A stretch of 64,000 bases of DNA from Adineta vaga (taxonomy: Eukaryota > Animalia > Rotifera). The notes beneath the pieces are model-generated. The model had not been told where the DNA came from. It was given only the letters and a program-made list of their open reading frames with translations, and did no database searches. Made by a program: the position numbers and the translations under genes. Positions 39,301 through 52,666 of this stretch are shown here, piece after piece. The DNA is taken from contig CP075496.1 of NCBI GenBank assembly GCA_021613535.1, positions 10,726,001 to 10,790,000 on the forward strand, given 5' to 3'. Position 1 is the stretch's first letter; the number at the start of each line of letters is the position of its first letter.

Positions 39301-42300
39301 ACGCCATGAATCTTATATAATGTAATACGTTTTTCTGTAATTGTATCAGTAATCAATTCTAAATCATATTCTTCAAATTTCTTTTGACTAACAAGTTCAA
39401 CATCGAGTAATTTCTTTTCAATAGCTTTATCAAGTGGAATTTTAACGCCATATTTTCGATCATGATAAATACCTTGAGCATAATTGAGAATACCAACAGC
39501 TTGTGCTTCTAAACCACCAATCTTCTCGCGTGATTCACTATCAAGAGCAACACTTTTAACAATAAATTTCTTAATAATTTCTTGTAATGATGATGTCATC
39601 ATTTCTGTATCTTCTTTTGTTTCAATTATTGTTGCATAGACTAAACCTTCATTGATGGCTTCAGCTAATTCATATTGAGCATTCGTTACTAAATCACGAT
39701 AACTACCTAGAAAAGAGAACAAGCAATTTGTTTTTATTCAAATATAATTCTTAGTCTTGTTCATAAAGATTAAAAACAAATAAGAAAAGACAAAACATAT
39801 ATACGGTGCTATACATCACCAAAATGTATGTATATAAGTATCAAGAGTAGAATACAACGGACTTGCATAGTGTCTGTCGTTAGTATGATTGTCATAGGTG
39901 AAAGAATCTGTTGAAATTTTTCGTATGTACATGAATAGAACATGAAACAAATTTCAAATTATGTTGATTAAATATTCTTATCAGTCTTTCAAATGTTTAG
40001 AAGAAAAATAGTCAATTGTGAATTAATTTTTTGAAATTCGTTTCATGTTTGATCATGAATCGAAACTTAATTATACTATTCTTTGAAAATCACTGACATA
40101 TTCATGTGTATATTTTTTAGGTGAGATGTATATTCTTTCGTGTGCATTCCTTTCTTTTTTTTTTGCACGATGGCAGTAATAAATTATAACAATCACCAGA
40201 TATGATCTTTTCTCGAAAGATCAAGTAAACAATAAAAATCCCTGATACCCCTCATAATGACTTGTTGTTTTTATTTTATAGATATCTGTTTCAAAGGGAG
40301 GTGCAGAATACATATGTAAGTTTTTATCACCAGGTCAAAGCAATAAGAAATGAGATAACCTACTGATTTCCATATTGAATTTTCGTACTATTAGGATCAA
40401 TAATTAAATAGAAATGATCAGAAAAAGCAACGAAAAAACAAACTTAAGCATTTTTATTTTCTTACCTGTTTCTTTGTCTAATATACCCAAATCAATAGCT
40501 TCAGATACTTTAATTTCTTTTTGTGTAAGTGGATGTATAACTGATGTAATCACATATGTTGCTGTTTTTGTTGCAATTGTTAATTCATCTTCATCAACAG
40601 ATATAATCGAAGGTGGCCGTACACTATTATCAGATGACGAATCATCATCATTACAACGTATATAACCAGCTTGTATAGCATCAAAGATCGTCATGACATC
40701 ATTAGTGTCAAATTTACGATATTCATTCTTTTGAATATCTAAAATACCTTGTCGTAATGCATCACGTGGTAAAATTTTCTTCATATTTCGTGTATCATAA
40801 ACCCATTTGATGTTATATGTTTGACCATTGAGTGTAACAGTAATAGAATCATTGCTTGAACCATATTCTGTTGCACCAATAAATTTCAAATGTATAGCTT
40901 CATGTAATGATACTTGTGATTGATTAAATGGATTGATATATCGGCCGTGTTTAGCATCAAGAATATTTTTTGCAACAGCTTGTCGAGGAAAGATACGACG
41001 TTTTGTTGATGAATCTAATACCCAATGAATCATATAATCAATACCATCAACACGAATTGGTAAAGAAGCTGTATCTGGTTCAATGCCCATATAACCTAAT
41101 TCGACTGCTTTTTCAAATGAATATGCTTGACGATTTAGTTTTTCATCAAAAAATAAACGTTGTTTTGTATCAACTAAACCACGTTGATATGCATTCTGTA
41201 ATGGTAAACGATCACCTGTTGCGGTATTCATAACCCATACAACACGATATGGTTTATCTTTAATCATCATTGTACAATGCCATTGTTCCCATTCATCTTC
41301 ACTCCATGATTGTTGTTGTTCGTCCTGCCACTCTTCGGGACGTTGTGGTTTCGTTCGACTATCAATTTCTGTTTTTATAATTTCTTCTCGAATGACCGTA
41401 GTTGAAGGTCGTGGTGGAACAGGAGGTTGTGGACGTTGATTTGTAATCACTTGTGTCTATAAGAAAGCATTATTTATTATTTTTTTTAAAGTAAAAACGT
41501 TGTGAAAATAATATTTACATGTTCTTCTCGATGTGAACCATTAGTAGTTATTTCGTCTCTGAATGGCGGTGGTTTAGGTCGACCAGAGTCAATGTGAATT
41601 TCTTCATGTAAATATTCTCGTTTTTCTTGAATATCAACTGTACTTGGTCGAGGTCTTGTATTTCGATCATCAATGATAACTTCTTCGATATGTTTTTGTT
41701 TGACTCTTTCAGTTGAACGTGGACGAGTAATATAAATTTCTTCGTCAACGACATTTGTTGTTTGTTGTTCAATAATTTCTTCTTCAGTTGTTGTATGATG
41801 ATGTCGACGATGTCGTGGTGCACGTGGAAAAGATTCAATTTCAATAATTTCTGTTTCACGTTTCAAAGCACGCGATGATGGTCGTGTCGTATGTGGTTGA
41901 GATTCAATACGTATTGATACATTTGAATGTGAATTAGCCGAACTTGACTGTTCAACAATTTGAGATGAAACTGCTTGAACTTGTACAATACCACGTTTTA
42001 CAGCATCACCGATATTAATTTCATCACCAGTAACTGGATGAATATAAACACCTCTTCTATGATCTAATAATCTTTGTTCAATACCTTCTTGAAGATTATA
42101 AACTCGATCTGTACGAAGATCAGTAACACTTGTAATAGAATAAGATGTTTGTTGTTGTGGATTACCGATGAATGATGATGGTCTTTGATCAACAAATCGA
42201 CCAATAATTAATTCTTGTTCATAAGCTTCAAGTATAGTCAATTGTCGTTGTTTTACTGGATGATGATATGCTGTTACAGTCGAATTAAGTAAACCTGATT

Positions 42301-45300
42301 GAATGGCTTCTGTTACACCTAAACGGCGATTAGTAATCGGATCAACAACTTGTTCAATAATTAAAGTTCTAGCAAATCGTTTCGAATGTGGTTGATCCAT
42401 TAATTCCGTAAAGATTAAACCTTTTTCAATTGCAACACTGATTGGAAGATTTTCACCTGTAATACTATTCACATAAAAACCTTTAGCATGATCAATAATT
42501 CCTTCATCAATGGCTTGTCGAATAGGTATTTCTTTATTTGTTCGAGGATGTATAGCACTTTTAAGCGTATAAGTTTTCGTTTCCTTAACTGTGCCACGTT
42601 TACCATTAGATGTTGCAATCGTTTCATGAGTATTATTTGTTGTTGTTGCTGATGATGTTGATTCAACTGGTAATGGTTGAGCACGTATATGTCCTTGTGC
42701 AATAGCTTCAGAAATTGAAAAAATTTGATTTGTCTTTTTATTAATATATTGCCCATTTTGTTTATCTAAGATTCCTAAACGTATAGCTTCTTGAACAGAT
42801 AATTCTTTATCATTAACATAATCACGAACACCTAATAGATGATATGAACGTGTTTCACGTATCAATGAAGTTGAAATAACATATTTATCATTATGTGGAT
42901 GATTTGCTGATGATTGTTGTTCGACAATAATTAAATTCTTATTCATAGCATCATCAATCGATATTGATTCTTGTGTTAAATTATTTAAATATAAACCATG
43001 ATAAGGATCAAGAATACGTTTTTTTATGGCATTATTTGGATCGATATAAGTATCAGCATGATGATCATAGACACTTGATATAACCAATGATTCAGTTTTG
43101 GATATAATATTATATGCTTGCGAATCACCCACTTTTAAGATACCCATTTTTAGTGCATCAGCTAGATTTAATTGTTTATCTTTAGCACGATCAACAATAC
43201 GATGATTATTTGATGTAATTAAACCACGAGAATATGCTGTACGCAAATCGTAATTACTAAGAAAAAGTAAAAAAGAAATGATGATTTTCAAGGATTTTTT
43301 TATTATTTATTTCTTTTTTTTTGTTATATGAATAGAGAAACAATAGTCAATTAGATTTGATCTTGTCAATATGTCAAAAGATGAATTTTGTAAATCGAGA
43401 TAATGTCTTTGTAATATCCTTTCTTTTTATATTTATAAATGAATGAATAAATGAATGGATGCAAGAAAAAGTAATGTTCGTTTTTGAAAAATTTCCGATT
43501 CGATTTCTTCTTAATCAAGAAAAGATTGACAGATAAGACAATGTTGTACTCTCTTCTCGTATGTTTTTTTTCTTCTCGTCATTTAAATCATTAAGGTATA
43601 TGAGAGTATAAACTTGTCAAGAAAAATAAATTTATAGGTTTTTCGTTATTCTTTTTGTGGTATGAGAAAAACATTATTTTCTCTCCTTCTTTTTTCTTTA
43701 CATATTCCTTTACTTACCGTTGCTCGAGCGTATCGACAACGTAGGCGCTATGTGCGTCTAAAATATTTGTATCGATCGCCTCTTTCAATGAAATGGTCGC
43801 CGATGTTTTATTGGTATTGGTGTCTATACCGACGGGATGATGATGATGATGATTATTCACCGATAGTGACGACGAGGACGTAGCAAGATTTTTATTATCG
43901 GTTGCACTAATAGTCGTATGTGGCGTCGATGACGAAGAGGAAAAATGAGTATGTGGATGGCGGTGTTGATCGGACGATAATGTCGAAGAAAAAGATGAGG
44001 AAGAAAGAGCAAGAGGAAGAGAAGAAGAAAAAAGACTCGATGACAAATCGAGTTGTTTGCTATTGACCGCCTCAACAAAGGAGAGAGTTTTACGTTGAGT
44101 CATTTCGTTTGTTTTTGTAGTTGATATTACAATATTACTATTTGATGTTGCAGGTGATATTGACGAGGATGATGACGATGATGTTGTAGTTGGTTGTTTT
44201 TGTACAATAAATCTTACTTTCTTACTAGCTGATGAATCATTATCTGTTGTTGGAATAACATACGTTGTTTCAAGAGAAACGGGATTGTCCAATGGTGATA
44301 ATGGATTATGATGATAATGTTCAACAGTGACCTTTCCACGTGACAAGTCAATTAAACCTATGAGAAAAAGAAAACGAAAGAAAAGACAACAGCTTGTAGA
44401 AACGTCATCATAAATCTATATGTATATATGTATATACACGTATTTGTATAAAGCAAAGGGCGAAGAATATATTTATTCTTCACTATAGACTTCGAGATTC
44501 CATTGAAAAACGATAAGAATAAAAACAACAAAAGAACAGATGATATTAAAAAAAACGAAGGATATATAAACAAACTGCTATCAAGCCAAGGAAGGAGATG
44601 ATGAGTATATATGTAAAATCAAAAGAATGAATATGAATAAACTACTATCGGTTGTATATTTTTGTTCTGCAGGGCTCTTTCTCTCATTTCACATGCACAC
44701 ACATACATACATATATATATATATATCTATATAGATGTAGATATACATATGTATATGCATATATATATATTCATCCACACCCTTAAACTCACTCATACAT
44801 ATGCATTCACTGTCTTCCTTTCCTTTTCTCGTCTCAATGCAAAATGACTATACTAGCTGGCTCAGCGCCACACATCCATATACATACACAATAAGCGAAG
44901 AGAAAAGAGATTAGATCTTCGTTAATATCGTGATTGCACATCTATCTCATTATAGTCCTTGGCTCGTAGATGTACATATGTATGTCGATGTATGTAGATG
45001 TGTGTGACGATGCTTATTGTACACAATAGATGAGAGGTTGAAGTTTGATGATACAGCAGCAGCCAGAGTACTTTTTTCTCTTTTATACACTATGAACGTC
45101 AAGCAACCGTGACCAGAAATGAAAAGAAAAGAAAAGGACAACAATTAGTGTATAGAGGGAAAAAAAAGAAACGAACAGAAAGAATACAATGTCGTCTAGT
45201 CCACCTATCATTACTTTCATTCAACCTTTGTCGCACTTTTTTTTGTATACTGTATTCTTTTATTACAATGAATAAAAGAAAGGAAAAAGAAACGAGCAGA

Positions 45301-48300
45301 AATCTGCCTGTTGTCATATGCATGTACATAAAAAAAAGTAGCCACAAATGTCACCCATGGAAAGATAAATTGAAGTGATAACGATTGCTTAATAGAGAAA
45401 ACGCATAGTTTGCGTCGTGTGTACAAGCAAAGAGAAATGAAACATTGTCGTTATCAGCTGTCCTTTATTAGTATGTCGATTGTCATAAACAAACATGGAA
45501 TCATATTAAATGAATATTGTTACAGGAAGAAACAAAGAAAAGAGATATTCGCATAGTATCGTTTCTTTCTTTGTTAATAAGATACGACAACTAAATCAAT
45601 CAACATCGATTGTACATATACATTGACAACTGGATTAGAATAGTAACAAGAAAAATTGAGAAGAAGACGTTCAGATGAACATCTCGTTCAACTACGCTTG
45701 AACTCATGTGAAAAGAAGGACAATTGTAATAGAGCCCATCTCCATTTACATTATTTGACCTTGTTCATGTTCATTTGATCAGAACAAAAAAGAACCGAAG
45801 AGGAAAAAACGCTTGAAAGTGTGAAAACGAATATGCTCCTCATGATTGGCCTTGCTCACACGCGAAGAGGGTATCTTCTTATCTTATATTCTCTACTCTA
45901 TAATTACACTAACCGTATGGATTTCTCTAGTTAATTTTCTCATCATCGAAAAGAACAAGAAAACCAAATATCAATTTAAAACAACGATAATATCAAAGAA
46001 GAAAAGAAAAACACAGAAACGAAACGATTAACTGTAATTCACATTCTTACCTGGTTTATTATTATTATTATTATTATTATTGTTATTATTATTATTTTGA
46101 TTCTGACGATTACGTTTTGTCGATGAAGATGAATGTAAAGATTGTGTATCAACATCACCATCATCATCAGATGATGAAAGAGAAGATTGTAATGTAATAT
46201 TGTATCGTGAAGCGATCGTACTACGATAAAGATGAACAATACTCGATGCCGAATCTACTGGAAGATTAATCGTCTAATGAGAAAACGAAAGTATTAGGAT
46301 AATTAATTAAAGAAATTATCAATATTTATAGAGTACTTGGCCTGTTGCATTGTAATTTTTAACAAATAATCGTGTATATTGTTCCATCTTTGCTAAAAGA
46401 TCTGCATAACGTCTAGAAAAATAAAAGTTTATACATAGGTGAAGATATATAGTTTATTTGTTTACTTATCAAAGACTTCAATTTTTTGTTGAACTGCTCG
46501 ACTAGCACGTTGAACATGAGTTGGATATTGTTGCCGTCGTGTAATTGAAACAGATGCTTCAAGACTTGGATGTAAATCGCGTAATGACACACGAAAATTC
46601 TTAAGATTTTTGTCATGCATCTACATGATGATTGTGGCATGACATTATTCGAATAAATATGTAAAATATCAACTACTAGTTCTAGACGTGCATCAAGCAT
46701 TAATTTCATCATGCTTAAGCAATTAATCAAACACACGCACACATAAAAACTGAACCTACGCTCGAGTTCTTTTTTTTTGTTAGACTTTTCGAGATGAAAA
46801 CAAGCAAGTGTGTGATAGTATTACCTTAGTTTCTTCTATAAATTTGACAGCAATATCATTCATATGTTCAATGGATTGTGCACGCGAAAGAATTTCATTA
46901 AAAAGATCCTAAATTTTCAAGTGAAAAGTATTCGAAGAATAGAATTTGATTTCATACCGAAACATTCTTTCCTGTTTGTCGAAGTTTATTCGTATCAGTT
47001 GGTACGGGTTCAAGTGCTTCAACGCGTTTTTGTAAATTATCAAGTGTACGTTCTTCTTGATCATGAACTGTTTGAAACGATCGACGTGTTTCAAGACATT
47101 GAGTTATCGATCGTTTACTAAAAATTATCAAATATCTTTGAAAAATCTCCATTTAAAAAAAAGGAAAAGAAACAAACCGTTGATTGATTTCAGAATTGAT
47201 TTGTTTCCATCTTGCAATTAATTGATCGCTGGTACGGCTTAATTTCTCATTACCTAATTGTTTACTTTGTGTGAGAAGTTCCTTGATAGACTTCTCAAGT
47301 GATTGAGAACGATTATAAAGTTCATTAAGATCAGCCAATTGACGATGAATTTGTGTTTCATCGTCAAATAAAGGCGTTTGAGATGCTAAACGAGTTTCAA
47401 GCTCGATTATTTGAGATGTCAGATCAGTAACGAGACTTAATGCAGTATCAACGATATCCAATCTTTTAGAAAAATAATACATGAAGCATTTTATCGAATT
47501 ACAACTATTTATCATACTTATCAGAATAATTTTTCGATGATGTAAACAGATCTTGAGCATGATCGGACGTTTGATTAACTAGTGAACGTAATTCTTGATG
47601 TGACGATGAAGCATATTCTTGTCGAACAACATTACGAATATCTTTAATATGACTTGCTTGTGATAGAAGATCGTTTTCGTAATCCTATAAAAAAAGGAAA
47701 AAAACAAAAATTAATAAAAACAACGAATTTAATTTTTTGAATTAAAAGCTAAATCATTCCTCTTCTTCTTGAATCACACGAGAAATAACTGGTTTAAACA
47801 TCGAGTGTGTATCAAGTGGAATATGTTTTATTCGTGTATGTGCTACTCGTGGTGATGGAGATGATGATTGACGACCAATAAGTATTGTTGATGAATGATT
47901 TTTTTTATTTAATTGATCATTTGAATGACCACGAACTATAGATCGAGTTTCAATATAATTTATATTGGACGGATGTTGTTGATTCGATAAATTTACTTTC
48001 GAATTTGAAACATTTTGATTCAAAACTGGACATGAACCATAATGTTGTTGTTGTTCTTGTTCTTGTTTTGTCGTCTCTCGTTCACGATAATGTTCATATT
48101 CTTCTGTATGATGATGTTGATGGCGTTGATGGTGTGAACATCCATGTGGACGTTGAAAACGAATGCGTACATTGATACCACGCTTATTAGCGGTAATTAT
48201 CGCAGGTTTTTCTATTATTCTATCTGCGGATGAATAACGCACTGGTAAAATACGATAATTAGCGCTACCCGCCGAACTCGATGAACAAAAACTACTTGAT

Positions 48301-51300
48301 GAAGATGCTCGTTGAAGGTATGTTTTCTGATGAATATCTGTATCGGATAAATAAGAATCATTATTAGTCGTCTTCGTCGTCGTGTTTTCAAGTCGAATAG
48401 GTACAAATCGACTTGTTGTTTCTGTTGGTCTATTAAAATGTTGATAATTGGCAGAGGATGTTGAAAACGATCGTTGCATCACTTATGTATTAGAAATTCT
48501 TCAATATGAATAAGCTCTTAATATACACCCGGAAAATGCACATACATGCACATATACAGAAGAGATGACAGTAATTGAAATATAATATCAATGGAGAAGA
48601 AAAAAATAGATCGACGTGGCTTATGGTGTACTTCTGTTGTTTTTGTTTACGAACTACCATCAACTACCACTAATGTTACCGCCAATAAGTCTGTTATATC
48701 TATATTCTTCGGTAGTTCTCTCGTTCGCTCTCTCTCTCTCTCTCTCTCTCTTGTTGACGCTATGCTGGCTGTTTGTCGATATTTTTTTTCTTTATCATTC
48801 CCTTTTATAACAATATTTTTCCTAAGATATTTGTATGCATGAATAATAAATATTCCACAAAAGGACGAAAAATCGTATATGGTATGGTTCCATCGAAGAA
48901 AAAAAAAAGACGAAGAAGAAGAAAACCGATATTACTAGGACTGACTTGTATTGATGACTTGTTATTTTTCTTTCAAATCAATTATCTCTATTGATCAAAG
49001 GTTTTCTGTCTTATAATTATCCTTTTGACAGAATAATACATATCATCGCTTAACAGTATGACTTCTTTTTCTGTGAATAATCAAACGTATTTTGTTGATA
49101 GGAATATTAGTTTACCTTATGTTCTTGATAAAGTAAGAGAAGTTCATCATTTGATGTCGGAAGATTTGATTGTAATAAACGAGTAGTACGTTGTCGAAGT
49201 GTTTGACTAAGTCTTGTTAAATTTTTAGCAATTGAACGAAGTTCTTCAACGAGATTATGTGATATTGTCTCGTTGTTTAAATAATCTGTATCTATACAAA
49301 AAAAAATGAAATCAAATGAAAATATTTCCATGTATTTTACATACCATTAACCATTGATTTTGGTCTTGTTTGTTGTTGTTGTTGTTGTTGTTGAGAATCA
49401 CTACCACTTCGTCTATAATCACTTGTTACAATAACATCAAGTTGTTCAATACCAGTCGGTGAATTTGTAAAGAAGCTCGATGGTTGTTGATTTGAACGAA
49501 CCTAGATAAAAAAAATCGTTGTTTAACAAATAAGAAAGCTCGAAAAGAAAAAATTCGTAGAAAACTTTTCTATATCTCACCAAATGTGAGCTTCTTTGTT
49601 TGTATTGATTAGAACTACTCATCGTCAATGAAAAGAAATGCACATATGAGAAGATGTCAACGTTGAACGTATATTATTATACAGACAGAAAGACAAATGC
49701 GCATGCATGCGCAAAGAAAAAGAAAAAAGTAAATTAATGATTTGTCACCTTTATTGAACATTTGAAAAAGAGAAAAAAATGTATTTGATTTTCATCCTGT
49801 CACTCTTTTTTAACATTTATTTTCATTAAGCATGAATAGTGTTCGATAAATCTTTTTTTCTTCGTAGTGATCGTTTCACATTTTACGCCTGTGCTCGAGT
49901 GAGTCTCAAGGATTGTTAGAGGCCATTTTAGTAATTAATTAAAGATGAAGAAGTAGTACAAAATGCCGATACATATGGAAAGTAATCGATCTCTGACCTG
50001 TACAATTCATTTTAGTTTACTTTACTTACTTATTTGATATCAGTTATCTAGTTTGGAGATCTTTCATTCAAGTTGAATATTACGCAAATAAACTTTCTCG
50101 TGTCTTTCTTTCTCTCACATATAGCTCGAAAAATCGATCTTTACACATCTATCTATGTCTATTGAGTAATTCGAGAGATTGCAATTGTACGGATATTGAA
50201 TGACAACGGTAAATTGAAGTTTAATGAGCGCAATAGTGTAGACGAAGAAAAATAACTTGTCGGGTCTCATTTGTCCCTCGTCAAAAAACGATGATAGTCA
50301 GCATGTGAAGTGATAATATAGGGAAAAAAAAGAAAGATCGATACTTTTTCTCATCAATTAGCACGAACGATCGCAAGATCTGTTTGCATAACTCTTCTCC
50401 TTCTTCTTCTTTTGATATTCTTTACCTGTCGTTTTGATACATGATGAACACCATTGGTTGCTGTTACCGATGATGAATCGAGAATATGTATTGTTGTAGG
50501 TGATGAAAGTTTTGTTATCGCTGGCGGAGGAGGACTTAGTTGAATATGAAGATTATCAATACGAATATTCAATTGATCAATTCTATATAAAATCATTTTT
50601 CAATCAATAAATTCAATGAAAATTCTAATATTCTTACCTTTCTAATGCAGATTGTACTTGTTCAAATGGTAACGATAGAGTTCGACAATTATTTAATATA
50701 TTATCTAATTTAATCTGTAGATCATTCAATTGATTTATCGTTGATACAATATCTACTTGTCTTGACTAGAAGAAAAGAAATAGAGAAAATCGTAAAATAT
50801 TGGTTTTGAAAGATAATTTTTGTTCGTACTTTTATTTGAACTAATCTTTCAATTTGAGCAATATCACGTTCGATTAAATCTAAATCATTATCAAAATTTG
50901 TTTTTAACTTTTTATATTGTTCAATAAATTGTTTTAAATCATTCTCAACACGATCAAGAGTCATTTCTAATTTATTCCATGCAATATTAATTGATTCAAT
51001 ATCTGGTTGTAAAGTTTCATTCAATTGTAAAGTCTAAAATCAACATAAACTTCATATTAATCAGTAAATATTCGAATAAATTTTACTTCAAATTCAGCAT
51101 CAATAGATCTCATTCGATGTAAAATTTTCTTAAATCGATTCATTTCATCGTGTCGAATTGCTTGAAGAATATTTCTATATGTTTCAATTTCATTTGAACT
51201 TTTAAATTTAATTTCAGTATTTAGAAAATCTAATTTCGTTTTAATCCATTGAAGTAGATCCGAAGCTAGATTTGTATATTCATATGCTAATTCGCCTTCC

Positions 51301-52666
51301 AGATTTATCTATTGTGAAAGAAAAGAGAGAAGTCGACATATAGAAAACAAGAATCTTTTCATTTTTAAATAAAATAACAAACTCGATCATGTTGTTGTTG
51401 AAACGGATGTACAGGTAGTGTTGAACAAACTTTATATAGATGTGCAATATATAATAAAATACATTTTTCATCAGGTTCATCGGTGTCAACGTCTAATGTA
51501 ACGGATGTTTAGTTTTTCATTCAATTGACTAATGTTTTCTTTACCTTCAGGATCAATTAATTGCATGATACCATAATGTTTTTGTGCAAAATCAAAAGCT
51601 TGTTTGAGATTTTCGCGAAGAATTACGATATGCATTTTTGATATTGATCAAATGTGGACTAAGAAATAAAATAAAAAGTAAGAAGATTCTTGTTTTTTTG
51701 CTTCTGTGTCTACTAACTTATGTCGATGGAGAATTGCAAGAAAGGCTCGACCATTACGCCATGAATGTGTAAAGTTATCGACGTAAATTCCTGGATAACC
51801 TTGACATTGTTGTCGTGCCCATATTAACAACATATTACGATAGTTTGATGAAATTTGATCAAATGATGATCTTCGTTTAGTGTTAGATGGGATTGAAGAG
51901 ATACGAATGGGTGTGATTGGAGAAGATGTAGCCGGTTCATCTATTGGAATTGGTGGAATCGTTTGTTTAACAGGCTCTGGAATGTTCTCTTCAATTACTG
52001 GTAGAGTTATATCAGAAAACTAAAAAAAAACATTTATTTTTCGTTCGAATTAAAATTGAATAGATATTTACTTGAAAATGAAGAATAATTCGCCAAATTA
52101 ATCCTAATGTCAACTTAGGATTTCCATTAACTAATTCTTCTGGTCGAATATTAACCAAACGAATCTATATAAAAACAATAAATCAATCGGTCAATAAACA
52201 ATCGAAATTCAATTGATCATTACATTATGTTCTTGTTCAAGGCATTGTAGGCACTGTTCAATATTTTGTAGAGCATGAAATTTTGAAGTACCTTTTTCAC
52301 GGGGCTAAAAGAAAACAAATGTTCAAATATAAAATAGAGAATGTTATGTTTTGATTGATAATTTACAATGATTTGATTCGTAAAGATTTCTAATAAGGAA
52401 ATAAGTATATGTCCATCTCTTAAATCAAGAAATAGATCATCAACATGTAAACCATGTCGTTTTGATAAATGAAAATTAATCCATTTTGTAAATGTTTTCT
52501 TTTGTACGGCATCACGTTGATCAGCAACTTTTAAAACACGTCGATCAGCTGGATCCAAAGCAAATACAGATATTGGTTTTTCTAAGATCCAATCTTCATC
52601 ATCAATTTCATCAAAGATATTATTATTATTGTTAATATTCTCTTCATTATCGGCTATCATCTCCAT
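27301..52666 (-). CDS. Spectraplakin (short stop / MACF1 / dystonin / VAB-10 family): CH1-CH2, reduced plakin region, plectin-repeat region, spectrin-repeat rod, GAR (GAS2) domain and SxIP tail; many exons
   Basis: [44 protein letters not shown] (CH1) and [33 protein letters not shown] (CH2). Plectin-type repeats (EAIxxGLID) span ~38200-43750 and spectrin-like repeats ~28820-34500. GAR: [31 protein letters not shown]|[39 protein letters not shown]|AKGRTN. The tail has PSHIP and PSKLP. Stop TAA at 27303-27301. Confidence 0.92.
34806..35678 (-). repeat. Coding minisatellite: 873-nt phase-0 exon of the spectraplakin made of degenerate ~26-aa acidic repeats
   Basis: Recurring [25 protein letters not shown] and [18 protein letters not shown] units, with near-identical DNA blocks at ~35065-35190 and ~35190-35290. 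Acceptor at 35679-35680, donor at 34805-34804. Confidence 0.85.
44697..44772. repeat. Compound (AC/AT)n microsatellite tract in a spectraplakin intron
   Basis: acacacatacatacatatatatatatatatctatatagatgtagatatacatatgtatatgcatatatatatat is read directly. Similar short tracts occur at ~3770-3803, 35814-35832 (CA)n, 36660-36696 (TA)n and 48728-48751 (CT)n. Confidence 0.8.
47754..48479 (-). CDS. Probable alternative first coding exon of the spectraplakin (isoform lacking the actin-binding CH domains); Ser/His/Gln-rich, disordered
   Basis: A 242-codon ORF lies inside the intron between exons ending 49116 and starting 47684. It follows an acceptor (ataag) and an ATG and is in phase 0 with the next exon. 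Confidence 0.6.
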   Translation of the reverse strand: MQRSFSTSSANYQHFNRPTETTSRFVPIRLENTTTKTTNNDSYLSDTDIHQKTYLQRASSSSSFCSSSSAGSANYRILPVRYSSADRIIEKPAIITANKRGINVRIRFQRPHGCSHHQRHQHHHTEEYEHYRERETTKQEQEQQQHYGSCPVLNQNVSNSKVNLSNQQHPSNINYIETRSIVRGHSNDQLNKKNHSSTILIGRQSSSPSPRVAHTRIKHIPLDTHSMFKPVISRVIQEEEE

